Assembly: GCF_021869535.1 (NCBI RefSeq)
Contig: NW_026262679.1
Coordinates: forward strand, 19,468,001 to 19,532,000
Source: Mytilus californianus
Lineage: Eukaryota
Length of the DNA stretch: 64,000 bases
Direction: 5' to 3'
A model generated the notes under the pieces. That model saw only the letters and a list, made by a program, of their open reading frames with translations, searched no databases and was not told the DNA's origin. A program made the position numbers and the translations under genes. Shown one piece after another: positions 50,243 through 63,612 of this stretch. The stretch's first letter is position 1, and every line of letters starts with the position of its first letter.

Positions 50243-51814
50243 TTAGAAATAATGAATAACGCAAAACCTATAAGGTTATTTCGTATACTCACTTGAAACG
50301 CCTTGGGCTGAAAAAGAAGAGATGTCAGATTATACTATATAATTAATTTTATGTCACCTGTGTAACTTAATTACACACTTTAACAATTGATGACGCTGGC
50401 GTCTACCGACTCGAATGTTCGCCAAAGCCGACGTGAAGCAAAAACCAACACATCAACATCTCGCTTTCTTGGAATTTGGAGTTCGGTATTTTTGTTATTT
50501 TACTTTTCACAACTAGCACCGCAGCCAGGAAAAAAATCGATAATATTAGTTTTAGAAATAAAAAAAAAAAACAAAAAAAAAAAAACAACATTGCAATTCA
50601 GTGTTTCTGTGGTTCCGTTTTTTTTTCCTCTTATAGTTGATGTGTTTCCCTCAGTTTTGGTTTGTGACCCGGATTTTTTTCAGCTAAATCGATTTATGAC
50701 CATTGATCAGCGGTATACTACTATTGCCTTTATTGGCATTCATACCACATCTTCTTATTCTTATATTATAATGCAGTAACCTATAATTGTTTACATCATT
50801 ACGAGTGTTCTGTATCTACTTTATATTCTCCGGCTTCTAAGTGATTGACTTTGCCAGCTATAATCAAAATAGGAAATTATAAACATCTGCAGATAAAAGC
50901 AAGACATAAAATCAGTTATTTGCAGGAATTTTGACAAATACAATAAACAGAAATTTAGCGTCATAAATGTAACTAGATTATTGTCGATTTCTCATTTCTC
51001 AGTTTATCTCTCGTCCATCGTGTTGAGTCAACATATCTCAACTGATACGTTGACCACAAGACTGACCAAATGACCATTGTTATGGGTTTTTATTTTTGAA
51101 AATACACCTTATGACCAAAACATGGACAACTTTCTACAACCCTAACCTATTTTCAAACAAACCAATTGAACAGCGCTCTATATTAATTTCTACTAAACAG
51201 ACTCTTCTAAAACATTCTGGTTGTTGTATAAATCAGTTTGTTTGATTTTCTCTTTTGAATTCATTAACGATGCCTTTCATTGCAGTACTGTATGCATGTT
51301 GCCATTGCTGAAGGTCGTGCGGTGACATATAATTGTTTACATCATTAAATATTGTTCTGTGGTCTCTATTGCTCGTTGTCTCATTGGCAATTGTACCACA
51401 TCTCTTTAATACCTGCGTAACCATCTGGGAAAGCAGGGCAAATAATCGCTCACTCCGTCCACCGTTTCGCCGTTCCGTCCGTCCGAAAAACCTTGGGTAA
51501 AAAAAATATCGCCAAAATTTCTTGGCTTCTATGAAAGTAAAAGATTCTATATTTGGTCTGCAGCTTCATAATGTTGGGTTGTAGCGTGTTAACAATTTTA
51601 AGATCTGCTGTGTATCTACCAACTTTTTAGCCGATAGATTCAAGTTTCAATCAATAATACACAGCGTCATATATCAAGACCCTGTATTTGTCTTGTTTTT
51701 ATCTACCAATTGCTAAAGACTAAGCAACACAAACCCAACAAAATAAGTAAGGTGTAATATGAGGTGCTCCGACAGGAAAGATGGATCCTGCTCAATTCTT
51801 GACATCTGACGTGT

Positions 51815-52425
51815 TTACACTAAATCCATTGGATGTTGGATGTGTACGGATTGATAATTTAGTCTTAGATGCATGATTTTTTTTATTAGTTGTTAGTGGT
51901 TTTGAACTAGCTGTCAGTAACTGCGAGTACTCTCAGATCTATACTTAGTGTCTTTTTGTTGTTTGGATGTACAATACCCGGCCACGTCCACATGTATTTG
52001 TAGTATTTGTTTTTTTATCCATCTGATGAGTTAAGCCTCTTTCAACTGATTTTTATAGTTCATTCTTATGTTGTACTGTTACACCACTGTCCCAGGTGAG
52101 GGGGAGGGTTGGGATCCCGCTAACATGTTAAACCCCGCCACATTCTGTATGTATGTGCCTGTCCCAAGTCAGGAGCCTGTAATTAAGTGGTTGTCGTTTG
52201 TTTATGTGTTATATATTTGATTTTCGTTCATTTTTTGTACATAAATTAGGCCGTTAGTTTTCTCGTTTGAATTGTTTTACATTGTCATTTCGGGCCTTTT
52301 ATAGCTGACTGTGCGGTATGGGCTTTGCTCATTGTTGAAGGCCGTACGGCGACCTATAGTTGTTAATTTCTGTGTCATTTGGTCTCTTGTGGAGAGTTGT
52401 CTCATTGGCAATCATACCACTTCTT
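51815..52425 (-). repeat. Long copy of the AATAAGGAGATGTGGTATG... repeat family
   Basis: Reverse complement of 27371-27790 plus an additional segment. Confidence 0.8.
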
Positions 52426-53269
52426 TTTTATATTTACCTATCGCGAATAAAACTCACATGTTGTGATCATCAGTGACACATATATTCAATAAAAACTAAA
52501 AAAAATGGATAGGTCAGGACTGGAAGTTTAAATATTTTCTGGTTTATTTCTCACCAGACACTGATTCTAAAATGTTAGATATTTGTAAAGATTTGAAACA
52601 TTAGAAAAACCAGTTTAGTTCGTACCATTTTGTGAAGATTACTACTAGTATATATTTGGTTTCCATAACTTTGTTACTCGAGTTTAATTCTGAAACATGA
52701 TCCATGTGCAGTGAATATGATATCATTCACTCATATAACTTTTACTTCTTTGATTGCGATGTTGGAGACTTGTGAATTTGCGAGGGTATCATTCAACAAC
52801 TTGTCAGATTACAGATTATGAAATGGTTTAAATGGTGCATTGTCATCGTAAAATTTCATATTCTTAATTATGTTTTACATTAAATCAAGGCGGTTGCAAA
52901 GCTGTCAATTAAATCTCTGTAAACCGTCTCAGGGTTATGATGCCATTGAAGTTTTGTATATTTTGGTTTTCACACTTTCAAGGGGACCTTTAGACTAATA
53001 GTGTGCTCTGTTTCTTAAAGTAATTTTCTACGTCTTTAAAGACATGCCTGTAAACAATCCAATTTTACATCTTAAAAAAGTCATAATGAAAAGTAATCTT
53101 ACTGTTTTCTCTAAACGTAACGCATTTTAAAACAAACAAAATAACAGCCGTCTCAGACTGTGTGTTTTTTATAAATCTGATGACGGACAGTTTCATCAGA
53201 AAAAAAAACCTCAACAACATTTTAATCCACTGACCATTAATCTTAATTGTTTCTTTCTTTAAAACACAA

Positions 53270-53466
53270 TTACCTGCAAACAGAGCTGACGAACAGTGGT
53301 CTGGAGAACCACAAACTTACCTGCAACGAGAACTAATGACCAGCGGTCTGGAGCACCTCACATATACCTGAAAACAGAGCGAATAACTAGTTGTCGGGAG
53401 GGAGAACCACACACTTACCTGCAAGCATAGATAATAACCAGCGGTCTGGAGCACCACACACTTCAC
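53270..53466. repeat. ~47-bp degenerate tandem repeat, 4 copies
   Basis: (T/A)TACCTG(C/A)A at 53270, 53317, 53364, 53415; shared GGTCTGGAG(A/C)ACC. Confidence 0.85.
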
Positions 53467-55184
53467 ATAATGTAGGGGTCTTGGAATAAGTTCCTAAAAT
53501 TATAAATAAAAATATGGTGTATTTCTTTTTTTTCTACGAAATATTAAAAAGATAGTAATAAAAATATTTTTTCGACTGTTATTTAATGTCTACCTCTATA
53601 AGCCTGTTCAAAACATGTACATATGATACTAAGAAAATAACAATTATAGAAAGGAATTGTGTATATATGTTCATTACTGACTTCCATTACATTGTTGCAA
53701 TGGATTCCATGTTTTCTTTTACATTTGACAGATTTATATTCAAATACACCATAATTTATCATACCGATCATGTCAGGATCAATGTATGATTGAAAATTAC
53801 CAGACGTGTATTTGTTCACCTTGTAATTTTTTTATCACAAGCGGAATCATTTGGAGAATAAATGTGTCGTTGTAAATTGAAAGTTCAATACTATTTGTGT
53901 GCCGTCGTGCACAATTAATTGTTATCAACGTGCCAAAATTGAACCCAGAATTGTTAACGTCCTCGTCCTTTAATCTCTACTGCTAGTTATCTCACTGGCA
54001 ATTTTATCACATCTTCTAATGTTCAAATGCATGACTGAGATGCGGTATATGGTTAAACGCAGTAGTTTCGATGACATTTGACCTTTTTTATCCCAAATAT
54101 TTGCCGTCTCTCATTTCCTCATTCCTCCGTATTTCCTAGTTCAAGTATGTGGTCATTCTGCTGATAATCGTATTGAACAGATTTTGACAAATTATCTAGA
54201 TAGGCATTGGGAAGGCATATGTTGCTCGTTGTTGTTTTTTCTTTAATTGTGCGTCTGATTTTTTCATTCATAAGAGGTTGGTGTGGTCTGTTTTATTGTC
54301 CAATACTTATGTTTTTCCTGTTTTTGTATTATGTTGTATAGTGAATAAATTTGACGAGTACTTAATAATTGTCACAAAATACTTACTAAAGGGTTTTGCA
54401 TACAGAACCACAATTTGGCTTGATGGATCAATAGTCATATCTTTCAGACATCTAAACATTAATCTTTGTCCTTGCAAACTAAAAACAAATAAAATCAAAA
54501 CACAAAGGATCAAATCTGAGGGAATCACGTGACTTCAAAAGAGCTTAGACCGGGAACGTCAAAAGTATACTGCTTGGTATGCAGCACGCAGCACCTAAAA
54601 TACAAATTCATACTACGTCTGTTATTCATATTCTTAAGTTGAATCACATGGAAAGTTGAATTTCCTCGAGTAAGAATGTAAAACGGAAATATTTTTTTAT
54701 AACACAATCAAGTCAATGCATTGATACATGAACTTACGGGTATTACCATTCTAGGAGCTAGTTCTTCAATTCTGGCATATTGAAATGTTACATCATAATT
54801 GTTAATTTGAAGTCAAACCAATTATATTACTACAGAGATATACAATAAATGTTTATACTTAACACCAAGTTTAAATTAAAACAGCATTTAGTGAACAATT
54901 ACAAGCCATGATAAGATATAACAGATTTTGGATAATTAGTGAGTGATATTAGGACAGGAAACAATACCGGTATATGTTAAAATTAATTGTCATTAATTGT
55001 AATTCCTTATTTTTGTTAATTAAAGCTGTAATCACATAAAATGATAATAAATGACATAAGAAACTATTTTTCTTTGCCAACATAATTTTCCAACAGTTTC
55101 AAGAAATCCTAATTTTTTAAGATGAGGTACAACATTTCATGCATTTTTCATAAGTATAGCCTTTCTAATAACCATAATTATAAA

Positions 55185-55369
55185 TTACCGTTGAACTATA
55201 AACGGTCCATTCAGTGCAAAACACTCCCTCGTTTCACCAGTTTCAGGTGAAACTACCAAAGTAGGATGTTTGCAGTTGAATTGAGAAACTCTATTCCTTC
55301 CTGGATCGTTAAGTTTGATATATTTCCCTAACTCCTGTCTTCGACAAGGATAGAAACAAAGACCTTCAA
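55185..55369 (-). CDS. Putative exon of a small Cys-containing protein (xEGLCFYPCRRQELGKYIKLNDPGRNRVSQFNCKHPTLVVSPETGETRECFALNGPFIVQR*)
   Basis: Acceptor TATTTGTTGTAG, phase 1; 60 open codons to TAA; 4 Cys; higher GC than the flanks. Missed by the ORF track because it has no start codon. Confidence 0.5.
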
Positions 55370-56293
55370 CTACAACAAATATAGAATATAACCAATTTTA
55401 TTTGCTTATTGAAAATTAGGGACAGCAGGGAATATTATGTATAAATTGTTTATTACTGAGGCTTGGATAAAGAGTGAGCTATTTATACTGTAAATTTATG
55501 ATGTCTCTGTACTGGTCAATGGGTCAGATTCGTTATACTTAATTAAACGATAAATTGTTGAAATTAGATAACATGTTTTCACGTGTAGAGAAATTTCACT
55601 CATGATCAGTGCATGATTGGATTACATCTTTCTTATTGGTCAACGATCTTGTGGGGTCAGTACGAGTTCACGTGTATGTGCGTTGTGGGCACTTCCTTTT
55701 ATCACCAGTTCTTGACTTGGTAACTTGTAATTCTTATTTAACAATTTGTGAAAAATTTAAATTTTAAAGATAACTTTGGACTGGAGTGATTTCCTTTTTG
55801 CAATTTGAGGTAAAATCGAACTATACTTTCATGTTTTAGCTAATTTATGCTTATATTCTAGACAAACGTACAGTTGCTTTTAGACAATTCTTTCATTCGT
55901 AAAGATTACACGATTTTGTTTTATGCAATACACGTAGTGGTTGGTCAAATTTATCTCATTGTGAATGAGCTAGATACTGGGGTGAAATCAATTTTGGTTT
56001 TGGTGGTGATACTGTGCGTTTGCGATCAAAATGTACTTATTTACCATACTTATGGAAAATGATAGATGATGATAAACCCGATGTTGTATTTTTACAAGTT
56101 ACTGAATCCTTATTAGCATAATGAATATGTACAACGTCATATGCTAATAAGGATATTTGCAATGGCATCCAAATGTTTGCAGAATGTATACGATCCGCCT
56201 TTTGTATCTGTATGAAACATGGTCCATTTAAATACAAATAAAAAAAACTTATTGGCAAACGCTAATTAACAATGAATTGTTAAGACCTTATAT

Positions 56294-56779
56294 ATGGCAG
56301 TCAGCAGGGTTTAAGAACATTTGTTGTTCGACCTGTTAGTCAAATGCGTTTTGTTAAAATATACTTTTTCACTTTTTTGGTCTTTTGGAAAATGTTGTTT
56401 GTGCTGTTTTTAGACCCCTCCAACAAGAAATTTGTTTTGCATGCACACGTATAACAATTGCGGTTTTTATCCAACGCAATCATAGGTTTGAACGTTGTTT
56501 TCAATTTAGACTTGTTTATATTTTTTCGTTTGGGCTTGTATTATATTTGCCTTCGGGTTTATATGATCCGTTCATCCTATTTTAATTCCTCAAAATTCAA
56601 GAGTCTATCCTAAATTGGGGTAAATTGTATGGCTTTCCAAATACCGTTTCGATTCCTAACATCACTGAAGAGACATTAATTGTCGAAATCCGGATATGGT
56701 GTACAAAAACCTTTGCACCTTTTGTTTGCGGTATGCCATCTTTTCCGCAAGTTTATGGTTTTCTGTTTAGTATTAAATT
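56294..56779 (+). mobile_element. Hammerhead-bearing retrozyme-like element, family 2, copy B
   Basis: Homologous to 13052-13568 with the two segments in swapped order. Confidence 0.8.
56659..56702 (+). ncRNA. Minimal type-I hammerhead ribozyme (family 2)
   Basis: ACATCACTGAAGAGACATTAATTGTCGAAATCCGGATATGGTGT; 44/44 identical to the reverse complement of 13401-13444. Confidence 0.9.
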
Positions 56780-58793
56780 TATTATTATTATATATTTATT
56801 TATCATAACAAATATGTTATGAGCTATTGGCTATGTCATTTTCGTTCATATTCATCGCAAAACAGATAACTACTTTGTTATTTCATTATAAACTTAATGT
56901 GATATTTATGTTCATATATATTTTTTTCTGGTTGGTATGAATTTTTAATCATAATCATGTTTGATACATTTTATATAATGATATTGTATGTAGTGACTCG
57001 AGAAACATTTTCATTAAAAAGTACCAACCCCCAGAAAACGAAGTATTTACCAAATTCATTACAACTGGCGGATTTTTTGCAGATGTGATTTTTTTTTTTA
57101 TTTAGTTTTGTATGTTTAGTTAAATGAGCAGTAAACAAATTAAGATCGAACAAAAAAAGAATGATAAATGAGTAAAAAAATGTGTTTTGCTTTAACACTT
57201 TGTCATATCAATTATTCTTTTTTGTTCCTAGAAATAAAAATAACACTTTATAAATTTGCTGCACAGTTGCAAAGTTCACCTTAATGTATAATACTTATTT
57301 CAGTATATGTTTTTGAATTATATACCTGTAGTATGCCTGATATCAAATGGGTAATACATCTACGAGAACAACCAATACAACTACAAAAGGTAGTCTTTGT
57401 CTGAGGTATATACGTAGTTGTACAATGTAACCTTCACTTAAGTGAAAAGAAAACTGAGATATGACTTTAGTGAAAATGAAACTTAGATATAAATTAAGTG
57501 AAAAGTAAACTTGGATATATATATATTGCTGATAAGAATGTTTACTCAAACAGTTGGCCAAAATGCCACCATCTGAAACAAATAAACGTTGTATCTGTTC
57601 AGCGCAAAATACATGTTTGTCGTCAATATGAGATTGAAGAAACGCTATTCTTAAAAGTGTGAAAAAGTTTAAAGGTAATGATACACGCGGGATTCATCAT
57701 TCTGGGGGAGATTTAGTGGCGAAACTTTGATATTCTAATATGTGTTGTTACTGTCACCGCGAAAAAAAACTATTTCGACATCTCGTTTTTTAATTTGATT
57801 TGTTATTTCATGATAAACATTCAATTTTATATAAATAAAGGACTTATTATTGATATATAGTCAGCCCACAAAAAAATAAATAAATAAAAACTTTCATATC
57901 CAGAAATTAACGCCAATTTGCTTATTTGAATATTATACTACAGAAATCGGATACGGGTCACGGAAATTATATTGAAATGATAGGGAATTTTGAAAAAAAA
58001 TGTCTGTTTTAACTTTAATTTAAGTGATAGACAGGTTACGGGACAGAAAATAAATATACACAACAATATACACCATTTAAAAGAAACATTATGACTGTCG
58101 TTGCAAAAATCAAGGTTCCTGACATATTTTAAAAATCGAAGCGAGAGGCTTATAACATTGCTGTATAAAATACAGGCTAAAATGGCTGAAACGTCAAATT
58201 TGCAAACTTCGTGTTGAAAATTGGCTAACAAGGTCATTACAAAAACTGGTTGCGGAGATGAAACTTGAAACTTGAATGTCCAAAGAATAAGCAAGTCAAA
58301 ACCTTGTATGTGTAGTCGTTGAACTCTAGGTTCCCACGTAAAGTTTAAATGCCCTATTTCAAGAAGAATAAACTCACGAAAACACGAAAAATTCACTAAA
58401 TTCGCGTTCATTGTTTTCATTTTGACCGCCTGACAACTTTACGGAAATATCAGAGTGATTATAAACAAAGACTCTGTGACGGGCAACTTATAATATCGGT
58501 GTTTTAAAGATTTTAATGATATCAAGCAAGTCCAGTTCAAACTATTATCACGTGGTACAATTCTCATTTACATATTATGGATATTAATTAGCAAAAGTAC
58601 TACTAATTTCTGGCTATGTATAAAAAAAAAAAGAAATTATTTGATGAAAAGAAAAATTCAGAACAATTCTCTAGTCAAAAGTAGAAAACTTTTCTTTTTT
58701 TCTTCAAATGCACAGTGCTTTGTTCATTGTTCAAATGCATATACATTTATCTATGAATGAAAAGGAGGATAAATTTTTATATATACAAAAATA

Positions 58794-60825
58794 GTCGTCG
58801 AGGAGGCAAATGAACGTCTTGAATTGGAGATGTGGGGAAGGAAATGGAATTGTATTATCCGTGGGCTCGAGGGGAGTGTTGGTGAATCCCCTAAGGTCAC
58901 CCAAACCATAGTCCGAATCTGGCTGAATAATAATAAAAAGGGGCTTGGGATGGATTCTGAGCTGGTGAAAGGTATGCTATTTACAGCAGTTCATAGATTG
59001 CCAAATGGTTCTGAACAGAAACGCAATATCATCCTTAGGCTATCAAACATGATAGATCGAGATGATATCCTTACTGCTGCCACAAAGCTGCCTAGGGGGT
59101 ACGGATACAGCGTGGTCCCGGACCTCTCCCCTTCATTTGCAGTTCGTCGCGGTGAACTTCTGGCAGAAAGAAGCAAGATGTCCAGTGAGGAGAAAAGAAA
59201 ATGCAGACTAGTATATTTGAAAGAGCCACCTTTCGTCCAACTCGTAAAGAAAAGATTCTAAACATTGTGCGTTAAGTACAGAGATCGCTTTGAAAATCGA
59301 ATAATTTTCGCTTTCAAGATTTATTTGACATTGAAATAAAAATGATGTTACATTTTTTTTATCTCCTTTATTTACCTTTTTTGTTAGTTTGTTTATATAT
59401 TTATTTGAATGTATATTTTCTCTTTACTCTATCTCGTTTTTCGTCAGGCAAAATTTTATATAACACTATTTGTGTTATTCGTGAGTTCTCCTCTCAATAT
59501 TAACTTTTCTAAACGTGAATAGTGGGTGTGGCATAGTTGTACATTTCACTTTCCTGTAGGCAGAGTCTTGTGTATTCATAATGTAAACATTTGGACACTC
59601 GGAATCTCTTTATATTTTTGTACTGCTACAATCATAACACAATAGAAGCCTCCGTGGAAAAACACATATTATTATTTAATCATAAGCCTCGTCACATATG
59701 TGATGTTTACAGGTATAAAGAATAAGAACAGGGTTAACCCTAACAACCTTAGTCCTACACATGCATCTGTTGATTTTTATCAAATTTCATTCCCCTAATT
59801 CGTACAATAAGTGTGTGCTATAATTATATGATCTGTTAAATACTATATAGAAAAATATATATTCTTTTAGATACAACCAGAATGCGGTTAAAACTTAATC
59901 TAGATTACTACATGATATGGTCTATGTAATTGAAGTAAAACATTGCATTAGGGAAACTATAAATCAATACTCTCTGCTTGGGAATGATCTAGAAACAGAA
60001 TTATCAGTAAACCCACACATGTTTTGGGAACTCTTAAAATGTATGATAAGAGGGAAAACAATATCATATGCCAGTTATATAAAAAAGAAAAACACAAAAA
60101 CCGAAAATGATATAGAACTTAAGTTAGCTAAATTACTTGAAAAATTATGAAATAGATCCCTCAGAATTAATAAATACAGGAATTAAATTTTTGAAGATGA
60201 GCTTGTTCAACACAGAGCAAAAATAGTAACAGGTATTATGACAACAGCATAGGCAAGATGGGTAGCAGAAGGTGAAAAATGTACTAACTATTTTTGTAAT
60301 CTAGAAAAAAGAAATTATAATGAGAAAATAATTCCAAATTAATTAAGGATAATGGAGAGGAAATTCTTAATCAAGGTGAAATTTTAGAAGAACAAAAAAC
60401 ATTTTATGAAAAATTGTACTCCTCAACAAATCCTATTCTTCATCAAGAACATAAAAATCTATTTTTTGATGAAAATAATCCTTTTATGCGCAAACTTTCT
60501 GATGAACAGAGGTTACAGGCAGAGGGTAATTTGAATGCTAATGAATGTTTAAAAACATTGAAAAATATGAAAAATGGTAAATCTCCAGGGATGGATGGAT
60601 TTACAACTGAATTTTATGAATTCTTTTGGATAGACCTCCATGAATTTATTATAAAATCTTTTAAGTACAGCTTAGAAATTGGAACTTTTTCAGTTAGTCA
60701 GAAACAAGGAGTTATAACATGCATTCCAAAAGAGGGTAAATCAAAATTTCAATTAAAAAACTGGAGACCAATCACTTTATTAAATGTTGATACAAAAATT
60801 GCATCAGCTGCTTTAGCAACCCGTC
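58794..60825 (+). mobile_element. Second L1/Tx1-clade LINE: ORF1 C-terminal part, and ORF2 lacking the endonuclease and truncated early in RT
   Basis: ORF1-like WNCIIRGL..VHRL..RNIILRL..RDDIL..VVPDL (58824-59261). ORF2: FWELLKCMIRG, ARWVAEGEKCTNYFCNLEK, KSPGMDGFTTEFY..FW, GVITCIPK..NWRPITLLNVDTKI. Confidence 0.9.
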
Positions 60826-61416
60826 CCTAGATCTTCCATCAATTTCTTCATTTTCCATCAACACTTGATGGACAATTGATGGAAAGTTAATGGTACTTGA
60901 TGGAATTCCATCCCAAACCAAAAAAAATCCATCAAAGGATGATGGAAATTAGGAATATTATTTCCATCAGCATTCTTTTGATGGAAAATTTGACGGCATT
61001 TGTAAGCCCCTGATGGAAAATTTGATGGCATTTTTACCCCCTGATGGAAAATATGATGGCATTTATTCCATCTGATGGCAAATAGGATGGAAATGTAGGA
61101 AGTTTGATGGAAATTGGACTTAGAAATTTTCTTTGATGGAAAGTGGGATGGAATTTGGACTCTGTCATTTTGCTTGATGGAAAAAAACTTAGAAAATTTC
61201 AGCAAAATTGTGTCTGAAAATTTAACATCCCTTACGTATCCCAAGAGAAAATGAAAAGGGGATCAATCGGGATACCAATGAAATCACGGTGAAATTGGCG
61301 GGATAAGCCGGGATAAGTATCTGAAGTCGGGATCCCATTCGGGATAAATATCTGAAACTGGGATCCCATTCGGGATAACTGTCTGAAGCCGGGATCCCAT
61401 TCTAGTTGAAACGGGA
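60826..61416. mobile_element. Insertion built from short-motif arrays (TGATGG/CCATCA; GGGAT/ATCCC; 3 x 31-bp tandem at 61309-61401)
   Basis: About 17 exact TGATGG/CCATCA hexamers in 60836-61180; unit CGGGATAAGTATCTGAAGTCGGGATCCCATT. Interrupts the LINE RT frame. Confidence 0.55.
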
Positions 61417-61562
61417 AAACATAAACCAGAATTTTGTGTGGAAAAATATGCAAGTGTTTAGTAAACAGGAAGTTGTTGAGTGCTGAATCTGAAAACGCAT
61501 ATGGATCTATTCAAATAGCATGGTTGTTTTAACAAATATGGTTTTATCCATTTACAGCCATG

Positions 61563-61970
61563 TAAGTAGTCCAAATAATTATGACGTCTGGCAAGGCTAG
61601 TATTCTAATTATTTTCTGGGACACCTTCCTTTTTTGTCAAACATTTTTTAAATACACGATTATTTATGACATAAAGCAAAGGTTATTGGTGTTAATTAAC
61701 AATGTGTATGACACCAAAGCTGTCAGGTGAAGCCAATCACTTAATGGGTCACTTAATTTGACAGTTTACACAGCTACATGTAGCTGAACTTCTTGTTCAT
61801 GGATGGAATGAATCACAAATTTCAGTTTGACAGTATTTCTTAGTCTAAATAATTATGACGTCTTGGAAGGTTATTTTAAATTTTTGCTTTGACGCCTTCC
61901 TGCGACGATGTAAGGCGTCAAATAAAAAAAATATAATAGCCTTTCAAGACGTCATTATTTATTGGACTTA
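61563..61970. mobile_element. MITE-like element with imperfect TIRs
   Basis: AGTCCAAATAATTATGACGTC ... GACGTCATTATTTATTGGACT. Confidence 0.55.
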
Positions 61971-63577
61971 GTATTTCTAAGTCAGAAAAATGCCGAGATT
62001 TTCGCGATAAAAATGGCAGGGCGTCCGACAAACGTCAACGGCTGTTTTGCCAAACAAGCTGGGGCGTTTCTGATTTTCTCCAAGTTCACATAAGTGTTCT
62101 ATTAATTGTTGTCCGGCATATATCAATGATAGGCCAATGATTGACATCGTAACACGTTGGTTTCCTCAACTTATGTAAAATGTAAACAACGTTTTTTTTT
62201 TGTAATTGTACTGAACAGTCCGACCCTAGAAAATACCGTCCTAGATAATGCGGCCACTATTTCATCCGCATGCAGCCTGTGCCGATTAAATTAAAGTTGT
62301 TTTTCCTTATATTTAAAAACTGGCTAGTAATAAATTATTTTATGCGACACCCTTGATTTATTTTTTCAATACCGTTACGGGAACAGATCAACTTCTTGCC
62401 GGTATAATATGGGGCGAGATTGTCATATCGACGTTAGTGTACTGGATAAATACGTCATCAAATTCTGATTACGCTGAATATGGAGGAATACGATGCAGAT
62501 GTTTTCAGATAAGTGCATTAACAATTGGAGTTAACATGTGTATATGTGTATATAATGATTATAAAAAATAATTCATTGAAGAACTAAGATTTTTTAATGG
62601 TTTTTATTTGAGCAAATCAACATCAGAAAGTCTAAAAGCATAAACTGAAAATATATTTATTTTGAACATAAAACAATAAATAATCTGGTTGTCACATAAC
62701 AGGCATAACTGGTAGATATGTTAAAACTTAATTGGATTGTGTGAATGGTTATTTGGTGAAAATGATAAGTCGCGCTACCCACTAAACACATAACGTTCAA
62801 TGAACGTTGTGGATTGGTTCCTGTAAGGTTATTTCGGACCTGAACGTTACACGAACATTGTATGTACGTTAAAATGAAACGTTACAATTCAACATTCTAG
62901 GAACTTTTTTTTTAACGTTGTGTGCAAGTTTCATTTTGGTTATGTTACAAATAATATGTTGAACAAACGTTGAATATTAGTTATTTTTTAACATTACTTG
63001 ACTAACAGTCTTAAAACGTTCGAACAATGTTCCTCATTTTTTAGAAAATTTAATCTTTCAAAAAAAAAATAAATTAATAGCAAACAATGCAATTTAGTAA
63101 CATGTTTGCCATCATGCATATTAATCAAACCTTTATTTTATTTAAGAGAGTCAATGCTGAAAGTTTTTGAAACTCCTCATAAAACAATACTGTACTAAAT
63201 AAAACTGTTATTCCTTAAACATAGATTGCCTGATTAAAAGTTTAAATTTATTATTCTCATTATTTATAATAACTTTTTTCATTCAACTTTAATTTGTGAA
63301 ACAAAATTAGCAATTATATACAGAATGATATTTGATACAGCCATTCTGTTAATCAAGCATATTCTGATAAGGTTGACCAAATGTTAGACAAATTTGAAAG
63401 ATAGTTGCTATGGTAATTAAGGTTATAGGAAATCTAAATGTAATGGGAGGGTCACTTTTAAGGCTATTTCCTGTCGTGTATTTGTAAGAAAGCAGTGATA
63501 ACAAAGAAAACATAAAGAGGAAATCACACCATCTTAAGAGAAAGAAACATGTAAGTTGTTACTTTAAAAATTCTGAT

Positions 63578-63612
63578 ATATATATTATGTATATATATAT
63601 ATATATATATGA
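63578..63612. repeat. (TA)n microsatellite
   Basis: Direct reading. Confidence 0.9.

Noticed and set aside
57938-58420. 160-aa minus-strand ORF
   Set aside because: Hydrophobic composition typical of chance AT-rich frames; no recognisable motif or splice context.
61990-62300. CpG-richer patch as a host promoter
   Set aside because: No downstream exon found; equally consistent with a transposon end.
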